A stretch of 64,000 nt of DNA from Epiperipatus broadwayi (GCA_028023455.1 JAQFVV010000001.1:33108001-33172000), one strand, 5' to 3'; counted from the stretch's first letter, positions 39,101 through 52,659 are shown. A program made the numbers and translations. Notes: generated from the sequence alone by a model not told the origin.

Positions 39101-40533
39101 GAATATGTTTGCTATATTGTAATGCGAGCATAAAAGTAGTTAGATAATAGATTATTCAAAGTCATTTTATATTTATATTTCTTTTGAGATAAACATTTAG
39201 ATTAAAATTGCAGCATTTTTTTTTTTTATATTTCAAACAATTGAAAATCATAGAATATGGATAAATATATTTTGATCTGATTTTTTAGCACTCCAATTTA
39301 ATTAACTAGTAGAACAAACACTTTCTCATTAGATTATGGTTAATATAACATATGCAGACATAGAATGAATATTAAAACAGCATACATATTTGCTATGGAA
39401 AACTTAGTTGATTAATTTAGTTTGCTTATCATTTTTTATTTCTAACAATTTGTCTGAAAGTATTCTCCTAAATGCATATAGTACAATAATTTTGGCCATA
39501 AATCATGAAAATACAAGTTGAAAATGCATTAATATTGACATAAAAAATTTTAAAAACAATAATGTATATATTTTTGTTTAAAAGTATTTTTCTACCTTAT
39601 ACTATGATAACTTCAACCATAAAAGAATTTAAAACTGATTATTCATTCTATAAACCATCATTGTAACAGATCTCACAGTACCTTTTTTATTATTAGTAAA
39701 ATTTTTACTTCGTTAGTCCTTATTTTTAACCTAATACTTTTGCAGTTTTGTGGATGTTTTTGGGTGATATTTTGATACATTTCTTAATATATCCGCTAAA
39801 GAAATTTTGTTAATTTAGAATGCAGTATTTTGACGTTTTTGTATAAAGATGTACAACAAACTGTTGTATCTTAAGTATTTAATTTTTTAAAAGAAAAAAA
39901 GTTTTTGTTGTTTCTGTACCAAATCTTTCTTTTTGGCATTATGCACCTAAGACAATATCATTTTGAACGTAATTAGATATTTATTGGCATCACAAATTTT
40001 TTTTTGTTAACGTAGAATTTTTTTTTGGTGGTGGTGGGGAGACAAATCAATTAAAAAAAAGAGACGAGAATATGGGCAAAATTTTCCAATTCTATGTTCA
40101 TGGACCAGATGGAGCAGGAAATAATAATAAAAGAAGATAGCTAAATTTTTTTTTAATGTTACTAAAACATAAAGGTACTTATGTATTATACCTGCTATGC
40201 CTTTTTATATCTGTTTCAGTCTGCGGATAACTTTCTAATCTAACAATGTTGTCAAATAATATGTATACCGGAACTTCTGACAAATTTTAATGATAAATTT
40301 GTCAGAATGACCATATGTACATGTTATTTCACAATATTTTCGCAAGATTTAGAAAGTTATCAGCAGACTGATACCTATGTGAAAAGGCATAGCTGCTCTA
40401 ATACATAACATTTATCGCACTAGAACTATATCTGAAAAAGTACATTTTTAATACGAAAAATATAAATTTGTACACAAAAATAATAAAAACATTACGATAT
40501 TAAATAATATTTTTATAAAGCGCAGTCGATATT

Positions 40534-40870
40534 GAAATAAATGAGAGAGTGCAAATCTCCCAAGCACTTATGACTACAACCAGCCAATCAAATCTTAAGC
40601 ACTGGGACAGAGAATTTTAATAAGAAAAGAGTGGTTCCACTCTTTTCTTTACTTGCCTCAATATATATCCAAGCCAGTCCAAAGTATTTATATTTAAGAT
40701 TCACGCTTTCAAATATAAGTACTTTGGACTGGGTTGGATATATATTGAGACAAGTAAAGAAAAGAGTAGAACCGCTCTTTTCTTATTAAAATTCTCTGTC
40801 CCAGTGCTTAAGATTTGATTGGCTGGTTGTAGTCATAAGCGCTTGAAAGATTTGCACTCTCATTTATTTC
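40534..40870. repeat. Long palindrome: ~160-bp arms (~95% identical by hand count), 15-nt loop
   Basis: Arms 40534-40695 and 40711-40870; each arm holds its own AAGAAAAGAGTGG/CCACTCTTTTCTT hairpin; flanked by the direct repeat TACGATATTAAATA (40493 and 40873). Confidence 0.92.
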
Positions 40871-41381
40871 ACTACGATATTAAATAAAAACAGATAGTTG
40901 TGAGATTTTAAAATGGCACTGTGTGCCTTCAAAGCCCCCTCCCCCTGCACACAATACGACATTCTGCCATTGCAAATACACCCAGAAATTCCCAAGTTTA
41001 ACTTAAAATTAAAAAATACTACATATATTAACTGGCATGAAATTATAAAACGGACAATGAAGCAACATTACCAACAAATAATAGTACATATGCAGAACAA
41101 AACAAAAAATACTTCTATTCAAATGCTTAAATAAGTATATTAACTACGAAATGGGCAGTAAAGCAACTAAAAAGAAATACATGTATTAATTATGACAGAA
41201 AAATAAAAGATAGTCCAAAAAAAATCTCCTATGTCTAGTTCAGATTTTTAAAAATGGAGAGTCTAGGCACATGTTTACGCGATATAATGGCTGCAGGGAT
41301 CTTGATTGAGAAATGCCTATGTATTTTTTTTTTTTTAAAAAAAGTAAACTTTTATGAAAATATATAAAAAAAAAACTAATA

Positions 41382-41757
41382 AACTTTTATTAAAATGGAA
41401 CCAATGAGCTGGGCTGATTTTTAAAATATTGTCCAGAATGCAAATGAAAGTGCCATGTTCTTTGTGTAGCCGGCAGATCATAGTTCTTCAGTTTTATGTT
41501 TTACAGAGAAAAAAGAATCTGTAAACTTTTATTAAAACAATGAGGTGTTCTTATTTTTAATATCCAGAATGCAAATGAAAGTGGCATCTTAGTGCAGCTG
41601 GCAGATAGTGGTACCTATTTGGGGGGAGGGGATTAGTAAGCTTTTATTCAAACAATCAATATGGTGGACTGATTTTTTTAATATCCAGAGTGCAAATAAA
41701 AGCATCTTCTTCTTAGTGCAGTATCTACCAGCAGATCATAATTCGTCAGTTTTATAT
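41382..41757. repeat. Three degenerate ~120-140-bp tandem units; the LTR element inserted into the third
   Basis: Recurring aaacttttattaaaa..tccagaatgcaaatgaaagtg..gcagat. Confidence 0.65.
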
Positions 41758-43832
41758 TGTGACAGTCAGATGATGTATGTTGGTTTAACCCAGTTGGAAT
41801 ACTAAGCAAAAGTACCTCGAGGCCATCCATACGAGAGATATTAAATCAAGAATACTATGACCTCTGCCCTATTTGCCTATTCTTGAGGCTAATTACGAAC
41901 AAACAACATTATCTGAGACACACATAAATTATTTTCTCACCGGCCACAAAGCTTAGCAACAGAGGTAGAGACATGGACGGGAACACCTACGGAGCTAAAT
42001 AGTTAAATGTGCAATAAAAGTACTAAGAAACATGTGTTTTGCGTGCCTGGATCATTGGAAAAGTAAAATAAAGCATTATAATAAAATTAGGAAACTCAAG
42101 CTTTTGATAGTTAAATAATATGTTTAATTAATGACTTTAAAATATTAAGAATGTTTTTAATGGCCTCCGCTATTCCCCTAAATTAATGAAAAACTAATTA
42201 GACACTAAAAACAGATTAAACGATATAATATTTTTGCGGTCTAAGTCTTTTCTTCCCAATTTTAATAAAATTGTCAACTTGAATCTCCTCGATAAAGTAC
42301 AATAGTAAAAATCTTTCGCAAAGCATTTTCTAATTGCTTTGCGCTAAAAACAGACAGTTTAAAAATTATTTAAAACGTATATAGCTAAATCATATATACG
42401 TAATAAGCTACTGGCGGACAAAAGAGGCGTTATTGAGGAGATCAAGTTGGCAAACAAAGGAAACTTACTCGTATGGAATTTAGAAACATAAATAAAATTG
42501 GAAAGAGATTTTAAATGAAAAAAATTAACTTTTAAACTTAACCGCAATGGAATACAAAATATTTACACATGTTAGTAATGAAGAATAGCGAAGGAAAAAA
42601 GGTTAAATATAGATAGATGATCACACATATATATATTTAAGACTAGTCTAATAAAATGGTTACATTACAAATATCATTAAATAAAATAATTCATAATATA
42701 ATTCAATTAAGAAAGGTATGAACAAAAGGGTAGAAAGTAAATAGTTCAATGGAGGAGAGATATGATTACCGTCCTGGTTCCTTGCTCCTGTTCGGCGGCG
42801 TCGTGGCTTGATCCAACCGTCGATAGGTATTTGTCCGGACAATGAAAATGGAAATATGTAGCATGGTTTCACGAAAAGTCCTACAGACATGGCACAGAGT
42901 TCAGATCACTATTAGGTGGATACTACGGCATTTTGGATGGTATTTAGGAACCTCGGCGATAGGCAAAGCTATTTATTTGCCTAGCCAAGCATAGTAGAAT
43001 CCATCAAATTCATATGACTTTTAGCTTGAGCATGTTCAAACTTCTCCATGATTTTGAAGATGACAGTTGTATAACTTTTTGGAATAAAATCTCAACAAGC
43101 AAAAGCAAAATCTGCAAGAGTTCTCCCAAGAGAAATCTGAATGAAATTTCCAAAAGGGAAATCTGAATGCCAGCAAGAAAACTCTGAATAACCAAGTCTT
43201 TTGTTCTCACTTCTATTTATACCCTCTTTGTCAGCTACCTTCTATTGTTTGTATGATCTTAGATCTTGATAAGCCCCCATGCTCCTTTGTTTCAAGGTAA
43301 CATTTTCTAAAAATAACCTTTACTTTTTTACTCTAAATTTCTTTCTTTAAACTTTGAATTTTATTAATTAAAAAAGAAAGAGAAGGCCATCTTTAATTTG
43401 CCTTGAATGGGCTAATTAATTAAAAATATACATTCTTTTAGAAAATGTTGGTGGGCTTATCTCAAAATCAAATCATACTAAATATTTTAACAAGATTTAA
43501 AAAAAAAAATACATTCTTATTTCTTTTAATAAAATAAGCATTTTATTTCAGCAGAATTTTGCATTAACTCATATATATACGCTTGACGTATATATATGTT
43601 TGACTAATAGGTTTTACAAGTAATTTTTATTAACAGAAATCTAATCTTAGAAATGGAATTTATTTAAAATGAAATAGTTAAATGCAAATACAAATTATAT
43701 AAACGTAATTAATTTTAGCTTTAATGCAAAACCCTGCTGATATTGGACTATAAACTTAATTCAGGTCTATAATACTAACTAAGTTTATAGAAGGCTGTGA
43801 AGCATGGATCGGACTTCAGATCCATTGCTTCA
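41758..43832 (-). repeat. 3' LTR (2075 bp); TATA box TATAAATA at 43221-43214
   Basis: About 97% identical to the 5' LTR (7 substitutions plus small indels in the first ~270 bp compared); weak purine tract GGGAAA directly upstream on -. Confidence 0.92.
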
Positions 43833-44075
43833 TTTCCCAATAGTTAGTGAGCAAAAAAAATGTTAAAAAAAATGCTGTTGCTTCAGGTCAGAGGTAAAAA
43901 TTTTGTGCCAGGTGAGTTCAAGCCTACTCTTTATTTGCTGTAATATTTAATTTGTTACTGACTAACAGTCTTTCTTTCTTTTACTATACAACTAACGGTT
44001 TATCCATAATTCAATCTTCTGTATCTTAAATAGAGTCCGTGTTGTTTTTAGTCTAACAAGTTATATTTATCTTTT

Positions 44076-44904
44076 TTAACTTCTAAATTTTCCGGGGTCC
44101 GGTGGTATGCAAGGTTTTATGTTTGGAGCATTATACCGTCTTTGTATGCTGTGACTATCTTTCAACCGAAAAGCATTTTCTCCACACTTCTTTTTTAACG
44201 CATATGGACCTTTATATATTGGGAAGAACTTTTTAACTTTCCTCCATGCTTTACTATTTGGCTTAAGGTCTCTTAGCCATGCTTGGTTTCCTTTCCTGAA
44301 TTTATATTGCCGGTTTCGATTCTTGCGATGCTGAGCCGTACGTCTTAATTTATCCCTTGCCTTCTTTTCTTGCTCAGTCATGTTCTGGACTTGGAGACAG
44401 ATTTTCAAGCTATCAAGGTGGTGTCTAGGGTTCCCACCCGGTTCTTCTCTAAAACATTTTATATTGCTAATCTTTGCCACAGGAGTTATAGTATTGATTA
44501 CTGTCGCAGTAAAGATTTCACTGCCTTGTTGCACCTGGATTTGGTTCAACAGCTGTTGATTCGTCTGTTTTTTTACTATCCTCATTCATTTGTCCAGAGA
44601 AATCCAACTGGTGAGTGGCTTTGCCTGTTTCATAATCACTCGAGGATTTCATATCAGTGTCGTCTTGTTTTTGAGTATCATCTTCTGGTGATGCTTCTGT
44701 TACAATACTCTGTTCTTGATGGAGTTCCATATGTGCCTCCAAATGGTTCAATCTTTGCGATGTAATATTCATGAATTCTTGGAACATGTTCATCATCATT
44801 TCGTTTTCGTCTCTCATTTCTTTGATGAGATCTTCCAAATTGTATTTTTGGTCACTATGAGTACATATTGACCTATAAACTTCGCCTCTCTTCTGTTCCT
44901 CCAT
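44076..44904 (-). pseudogene. Frameshifted gag N-terminus (coiled coil + start of capsid) joined in frame to the integrase C-terminus (GPY/F region)
   Basis: ORF 44904-44518 is coiled-coil/acidic; ORF 44585-44076 has IKCF..NPRHHLDSL..MTEQEK (capsid start), then KKFFPIYKGPYALKKKCGENAFRL (Gypsy integrase GPY motif). Confidence 0.75.
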
Positions 44905-47498
44905 TTTTGCCTAATATTGGCTATTTTGTTATACAACAATCACAATTTATTTGTATAACATATTTTAGTCTTTTTATAAACAATCTAGCTACGTATATTT
45001 TATCACACGTATCTAGGAGCTATATCCTTCTGTATATAAAAAAAAATGTAGTTCTTTCTAAACTAAGTCAGTATTCTAAGTTCCAACTATCTGTTTTATT
45101 TATGTTTTCTGCAATTAACTTTGCCTACCTCACGAGGTCCTATCTTAAACCTATGCCTATATGTATCAGTTTGTACATGAAAAAAAATATAAAATCCTGC
45201 CGTGTCTGTTTTTAATAACTATACTACATACTATTCTCCTTACTTTATTTATTTCTATATTTCATTTAAATGTCACTGCTATGTTAATATAATTAAAATA
45301 ACCCACTTACAGCTTGACCTGGCTTTCTCTGACACCTGAAACAACTAAAAAATGCATTTACATTAATATACAAGTATATATATATCAAGGAATATGTGAG
45401 CAAAAATATACATAAGTCATGTTTAAAAATTATTTTGGCTCACTACGCATACATTTTTTTATTTTGATCATCTACCTCCTATGGTTTGTTTATTTGTATT
45501 CCGATATGAGAGATTGCACTTGCCGACAAATTTATTTGATGGGGGCGCCAGTCGACAAGACAATGGCCATATCAAATATACATATTAATGGATAATGACC
45601 CAAGCACACATTGATAAGGTTTATAAAGTTTAAACGCGATTAAAATTTATTTTGAGTTTCACTTTTTTAAAAAAAATCTCTGCATGAATAAGTAAATGGT
45701 ATTTTAAATGACAATATTAAGTCTAAGACGTATACAACTCAGTAAGGTAACATGTCTGACCTGGGTTCGAAACCACGCTACCGTTTTGGTCACGACACAA
45801 AAAATTCAAACAGCCAAAGTACGATTAACAAAACAAAAAAAAAATACAACAAAAAAAAAAATTAAAATAAAATCCCATGATAACCGCCACTCCGAATTAT
45901 GAACCTGGGATCGAAACCAACTACCATTTTGGTCACAACCCGAAAAAGATTAACAATTATCAAGCAATTTTACGGAATCATGCATTGAGATCAAAAACTG
46001 TTTAAAAAAACATTTATATAAAAACGGTTTTTAAAAAAACATATATAAAAACGGATTTTACCGAACTATAACAAAGTGCATACCATATACACCCATATAT
46101 ATGAATATGTACATCATTAAATAAGCATATATATGACTACATATAAATATACAAACAGATATACCTACATAAATATTTATTTTATTATCATGTAGATGAA
46201 TTTATTAGAAAGATTTGTCATATTGCAGACCGCCTACTATTATTTCATGCAAGTAAACGCTGGTCGCAAATATGACAAGGAAGCAATAGTTGCAGACATA
46301 GACCTATTATTTCAGGCTACTCAGCAATCCTAAATCTAAAGTGTAAGGGGTCTTCACCTAAACGGTTACTAAGGGGGTCTTCACCAAAAACGATCACTAA
46401 AAAAACAAGGGCTTCACCTAACGGTTACTCAGTAAATGATTCAATAGATAATCCGAATTTGGGGAAAAAAAAATCTTAACTAAAGGTGGCTGACATATAT
46501 GTTATACAGAAAATATATCTTATACATATATTTATTAAAACGAACATACGCATTTACTATTTCACCAGTTGAAAATTAAATTTGAATTTTATTAACAAAA
46601 CTTATACTTATATATTATTTGCTAGGAAACGTAACTACAAAATATTTAAGAGTGGAAAAAAGAATTTTGCATGATTATAATTATTCATTTTATATAAAAA
46701 CGAAACGCAGAGAAAGTGAAAAAATATTTGCTAACACCGTACGTTGACACGTGTTAATTTGAACTTATCAAAACTTTTGATCTTAGAAAAAATTTCTATT
46801 AACGGAAAAAATGTTATCTATTAGATTTTTACAAAAATTTATACAAACGGGGAAAAAAACACTTTATTATCTATTTGTACTTTTTACTAAAATATTAACA
46901 CTACGAATATACACTATAATTCGAAAAAACATTATTATTTCAAAACTTCTCATGTTTAAGCAGTACTAAAGTAACAAAGTACGAAAGCTATTTTAAGGGA
47001 GGGCGGGTGGGTATATATTTGACACTTCCGCCTCATCGAAGCTATATACTTTATACGACAAAAAAAAATATGGCGAACTGGCCATGACAAAACTACTCAT
47101 TAGGGAAAAAAAAAAATTGCTATAACTCTTGATATTTTGTTTTATAATCACAAAAAAAAAAAAAAACAACTAACGGAGTGTTAACTTTTTTAAATGTAAA
47201 ACATTTATTATCATATGTACTAAACTCGGGGGGGGGGGGATGTTTACCTTATGACACATTTAACTTGTTAATTAATTTTAAAAAAAAAAAGACATTTGGC
47301 TCATATTAAAAAACAAAACTCGGAAAAATTATACATATATTTTTATATAAATATATTAAACTAAAACAAACTTCTCAGGGTACTAATTTTTAATTTAAAA
47401 AATGACATTCGTCCCGTGGCGAGAACTCGGAGAAAACTTTTACATATATCTATTACTTCAAATCCCCTATTTCTATTCTTCCAATAAAAAATGAAATT

Positions 47499-47519
47499 CG
47501 GCCCACGTTGTTGGCGTCA
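47499..47519 (-). promoter_or_regulatory. Degenerate tRNA-Lys-type primer binding site
   Basis: TGACGCCAACAACGTGGGCC versus canonical TGGCGCCCAACGTGGGGC, 25 nt from the 5' LTR. Confidence 0.55.
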
Positions 47520-47544
47520 GAATGCGGAAAAAAAAAATTTTTTC

Positions 47545-49605
47545 TGTGACAGTCAGATGATGTATGTTGGTTTAACCTAGTTGGAATACTAAGCGAAAGT
47601 ACCTCGAGTCCATCCATACGCGAGATATTAAATCAAGAATACTATGACCTCTGCCCTATTTGCCTATTCTCGAGGCTAATTATGAACAAACATCTGAGAC
47701 ACAAATTATTTTCTCACCGGCCACAAAGCTTAGCAACAGAGGTAGAGACATGGACGGGAACACCTACGGAGCTAAATAGTTAAATGTGCAATAAAAATAC
47801 TAAGAAACGTGTTTTGCGTGCCTGGATCATTGGAAAAGTCAAATAAAGCATTATAATAAAATTAGGAAACTCAAGCTTTTGATAGTTAAATAATATGTTT
47901 AATTAATGACTTTAAAATGTTAAGAATGTTTTTAATGGCCTCCGCTATTCCCCTAAATTAATGAAAAACTAATTAGACACTAAAAACAGATTAAACGATA
48001 TAATATTTTTGCGGTCTAAGTCTTTTCTTCCCAATTTTAATAAAATTGGCAACTTGAATCTCCTCGATAAAGTACAATAGTAAAAATCTTTCGCAAAGCA
48101 TTTTCTAATTGCTTTGCGCTAAAAACAGACAGTTTAAAAATTATTTAAAACGTATATAGCTAATTCATATATACGTAATAAGCTACTGGCAGACAATAGA
48201 GGCGTTATTGAGGAGATCAAGTTGGCAAACAAAGGAAACTTACTCATATGGAATTTAGAAACATAAAATTGGAAAGAGATTTTAAATGAAAAAAATTAAC
48301 TTTTACACTTAACCGCAATGGAATACAAAATATTTACACATGTTAGTAAGGAAGAGTAGCGAAGGAAAAAAGGTTAAATATAGATAGATGATCACACATA
48401 TATTTAAGACTAGTCTAATAAAATGGTTACATTACAAATATCATTAAATAAAATAATTCATAATATAATTCAATTAAGAAAGGTATGAACAAAAGGGTAG
48501 AAAGTAAATAGTTCAATGGAGGAGAGATATGATTACCGTCCTGGTTCCTTGCTCCTGTTCGGCGTCGTCGTTGCTTGATCCAACCGTCGATAGGTATTTG
48601 TCCAGACAATGAAAATGGAAATATGTAGCATGGTTTCATGAAAAGTCCTACAGACATGGCACAGAGTTCAGATCACTATTAGGTGGATACTACAGCATTT
48701 TGGATGGTATTTAGGAACCTCGGCGATAGGCAATGCTATTTATTTGCCTAGCCAAGCATAGTAGAATCCATCAAATTCATATAACTTTTAGCTTGAGCAT
48801 GTTCAAACTTCTCCATGATTTTGAAGATGACAGTTGTATAACTTTTTGGAATAAAATCTCAACAAGCAAAAGCAAAATCTGCCAAGAGTTCTCCCAAGAG
48901 AAATCTGAATGAAATTTCCAAAAGGGAAATCTGAATGCCAGCAAGAAAACTCTGAATAACAAAGTCTTTTGTTCTCACTTCTATTTATACCCTCTCTGTC
49001 AGCTACCTTATATTGTTTGTATGATCTTAGATCTTGATAAGCCCCCATGCTCCTTTGTTTCAAGGTAACATTTTCTAAAAATAACCTTTACTTTTTTACT
49101 CTAAATTTCTTTCTTTAAACTTTGAATTTTATTAATTAAAAAAGAAAGAGAAGGCCATCTTTAATTTGCCTTGAATAGGCTAATTAATTAAAAATATACA
49201 TTCTTTTAGAAAATGTTAGCGGGCTTATCTCAAAATCAAATCATACTAAATATTTTAACAAGATTTAAAAAGAAAAATACATTCTTATTTCTTTTAATAA
49301 AATAAGCATTTTATTTCAGCAGAATTTTGCATTAACTCATATATATATATACGCTTGACGTATATATATATGTTTGACTAATAGATTTTACAAGTAATTT
49401 TTATTAACAGAAATTTAATCTTGAAATGGAATTTATTTAAAATGAAATAGTTAAATGCAAATACAAATTATATAAACGTAATTAATTTTAGCTTTAATAC
49501 AAAACCCTGCTGATATTGGACTATAAACTTAATTCAGGTCTATAATACTAACCAAGTTTATAGATGGCTGTGAAGGATGGATCGGACTTCAGATCCATTG
49601 CTTCA
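47545..49605 (-). repeat. 5' LTR (2061 bp)
   Basis: Colinear with 41758-43832; followed on - by the PBS-like site. Confidence 0.92.
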
Positions 49606-51679
49606 ATATACTTTCCAGCAATCTAAATAAATTGTAGAGCCAGCTTCCACATTTTGTTTGATCGTTTTCATCAGAGTTGTCACTTCTATCCTCAATTGCC
49701 ACAATTAAACAAAAACTCCCAACTATCTCTTTTTATTTAGTATTATTTTTGTGTACAAATTTATCACTTAAGTTTGTCGGAAGTTCCGGTGTTCATGTTA
49801 TTTGACGAGATATCAAGATTAGAAATTTATGGGCTGAATGACATGGATGTGAAAAGACATATGATAAAATTTTAAAAATTTTTTTTAAATGTGCTGTTTT
49901 ACAAAATATTAAATATTCTGTGATTAAAATATTATATAAGTTTTGATAATGCAAGCAACTTTTAAAAGTTTTTAGTGATCATAGAAAACCCCCTTTTTTT
50001 TATTCTTTAACAAACAGGAATATCATAAAACACATTTCTCGATATTTGTAATGTACTATTAGAAGAGAAATTACTTAAATTTGGATATCTTGTGCATCAA
50101 ACTTTTTTCTTTGATTTATTTATCAGATTTAAATACAAAATTTCTTTTTGTTTGCCTTTTATTTTTATAATGACTATCTGGAAACTCTTCCAGAAGCAAA
50201 TTTGATCCCAAGGCCTAATATATTTTTTGTATCAGCTAAGATTTTTTTTAAATGTTATGTATTTGTTTTTTTTTTTTATCTAAAAAGCCAAAGTAGCTGA
50301 AAAAAGAATTAAATTTTTTTGAATTTTTTTCAATCTGTTTGAATAATTTATCTCTATGTGAGCAAACTATCTAAATGGATTAAAACTAATGATTTTGAGT
50401 TTTGGTTAAATCTTCTTCCTAATAAGATAATAATGTTGACTGATTTCTAGATTTTATATTAAGATGGAATGAATGCTTCAGACTACAAAAAAAAAAAAAA
50501 TCTGTATTGTTTAATTAAATGTATATTTATTACAATCATTATACACTAGATTCATATCAAAATATTGTCAATTTAAATAGTGTGGCTTTTGTATTCACTG
50601 TTTCAAAATCCATTGAAATCCTTACCCATGGTTCAAAATGTTCATCTTCAAATTGTTTCCCTAATAGCTTGTCCATATGTTATCTTCATGCTCCCAAATT
50701 ATATTTTTGTATAGACTGTTTGAAATTACAATACCTAAAGTAAAGACATCTTGTGAATCAGATATTAGACAGAATTAGACAAATATGTAAGCAATACTTT
50801 TTTCTAATCTCCATATATAATGCAACAGTATTAGAAATATACTTTCATTTTAATATTTATCTTGCGAAATCCATTTTATCTACCCATTGAATCTATTCCA
50901 TTGATAAATGCAAAGATACTTCATCCATTTTCTCAGATGATGATAATCTAGCAAATATTTGTAATTTTCTATAGAAGTATTCCAATTTGATTAAAGGCTT
51001 TAGATAATAATTTACAATGAATGTAAAACTAAAAATCAAAATAACAAAGGTTTCTGGGCATTCAAACAAATTCTATGAACATAATCATATCTGTGATCCT
51101 GGAAGCAAAAAAGTTTGACAATGGCATGAGCTAAATTATGGTCAAAAAATCCCAAAATTTTTAGGTTTCTGCTTAAAACACTTAATTCTTGATGCTTTTT
51201 TATATTCTGCAAAAAGGGGAATGAAGAAATTTTGCATTGCATATTTGATGCTATAATAAATTGCATCATTTTTGTTCATAAAAATTGTGGCCATTGTAAA
51301 AATGATAAGTAAAAAGGAAAAATTTTTAAAAGTAATTTAAAAAAATTTAATACTATTTAATGAATAAAATTAAATGTAATTTATTTGTGAATGTTTTTAA
51401 ATAATATTTGTTAATAAAATTATATTTAATTTGAAAAAGATTTAAAATTAAACGTTTTTTTCTCAAAATATGGTTTATTAACATAATATTAATCTTTGAA
51501 TTTACATGTTATATGTAGTGATATACAAGATTCAAACTATGATTTACAATGCAAAACTTGATTTACTGAGTGAACAGAAAATCCTTGAATTGTATATGCA
51601 TATATCTTGCCATTCACTACTAAGTAACCTCTGGCCTTAATGGCAACTAGGTAGATCACAACTGCCAAGAATCACATCA

Positions 51680-52400
51680 TCCCTACCATCCAGAAGAGAA
51701 AGTAAAAACCCGTACTAATCCCTGTAGTACCCATGTCCCGGCCCTCCTAAGGAGTACGAACCAGGCCTTGGGGTATTTCCAAAGCTCAGACTCTCATCCA
51801 ATGCCCTTACTAATCCCCACAGCATCTGGATCTCCTCCAAAACCCAGGCTTGTGAGACCTTCCAAGCACCAGAACCTGCCATCCAGATGGCAGAGATGAG
51901 CGGTACAGCAGCACCGATTTGAAGTTTAAACCATAGTAGAACTCTCTGGCCTGAGTCACCCAAGCATGAGATTCTCTCATCTTCACAGCCATGACAAGCA
52001 ATGCTGCAGCACTAATCAAAAATGTAAATCTCACATGCTTATATCATATGCCATCTATAGATTATCACATAGTCTAGTAACCAACCTATGAATCATATAG
52101 AGAACAAAGAGACTAAAACCACAATGCATCACGTCATCTCCACTGTCCTGAAGATGAGAAAGATGAAACCCGTACTAATCCCCATAGCACTTCACATCCC
52201 AGCCCCCTCCCCCCGTAAGAACCAGAGTTCAGGCCCCAGGAATCTTCCCAAGTTCCAGACTCTCTCATCTGAAGCCCATACAAGAATCCAATACACCCAC
52301 ATCCCACCCCCCCTCTAAGACCAGGAAGCAAGCCCTGGGAGCTCTCCAAGCAACAGACTCAGTCCTCAAGACCGCAAAGATGAGTGACACAGTAGCCCCA
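51680..52400. repeat. GC-rich island with degenerate direct repeats ~460 bp apart, likely the 5' region of a transposon
   Basis: AAACCCGTACTAATCCC at 51706 and 52166 with similar downstream sequence; no recognisable protein. Confidence 0.45.
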
Positions 52401-52659
52401 ATTCAATGTTCAAATTACAGTTGAACTCTTTGGGAACATTAGTTTTGTCCATCATGTTTCAGCTTCCAGACAATTTATAAAAAACTAGAAGTCTTAATTC
52501 ATGAGATCCTTAACTATTGGTAAAAATCAAATGATAAAACTAGAAGCACAATCCATATGATGACGTACAATTGTTAACAATCTAATGTCATAATAATTGC
52601 TAGATTTAAAATCACAGTGCAAATCTCCAGGATTTTCGATGTCTTGCATAAAAAATTCC

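Larger units (their letters stand above)
41758..49605 (-). mobile_element. Non-autonomous Gypsy/Ty3 LTR retroelement, 7848 bp, with 4-bp TSD ATAT
   Basis: Direct repeats 41758-43832 and 47545-49605, both TG..CA; ATAT at 41754-41757 and 49606-49609; Lys-type PBS remnant; gag and integrase C-terminal remnants; no PR, RT or RNase H. Confidence 0.92.

Noticed and set aside
42660-49063. Duplicated small ORFs (42660-42890/48427-48657, 43010-43210/48777-49063)
   Set aside because: They are within the two LTR copies, are broken differently between copies and show no protein motifs
50519-51269. ORFs 50519-50743 and 51036-51269
   Set aside because: No recognisable domain or exon boundaries
51810-52034. 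ORF with a signal-peptide-like start (MRFTFLISAAALLVMA..)
   Set aside because: The start is GTG, with an out-of-frame ATG-TGA just before it; no splice support; lies in a repeat island
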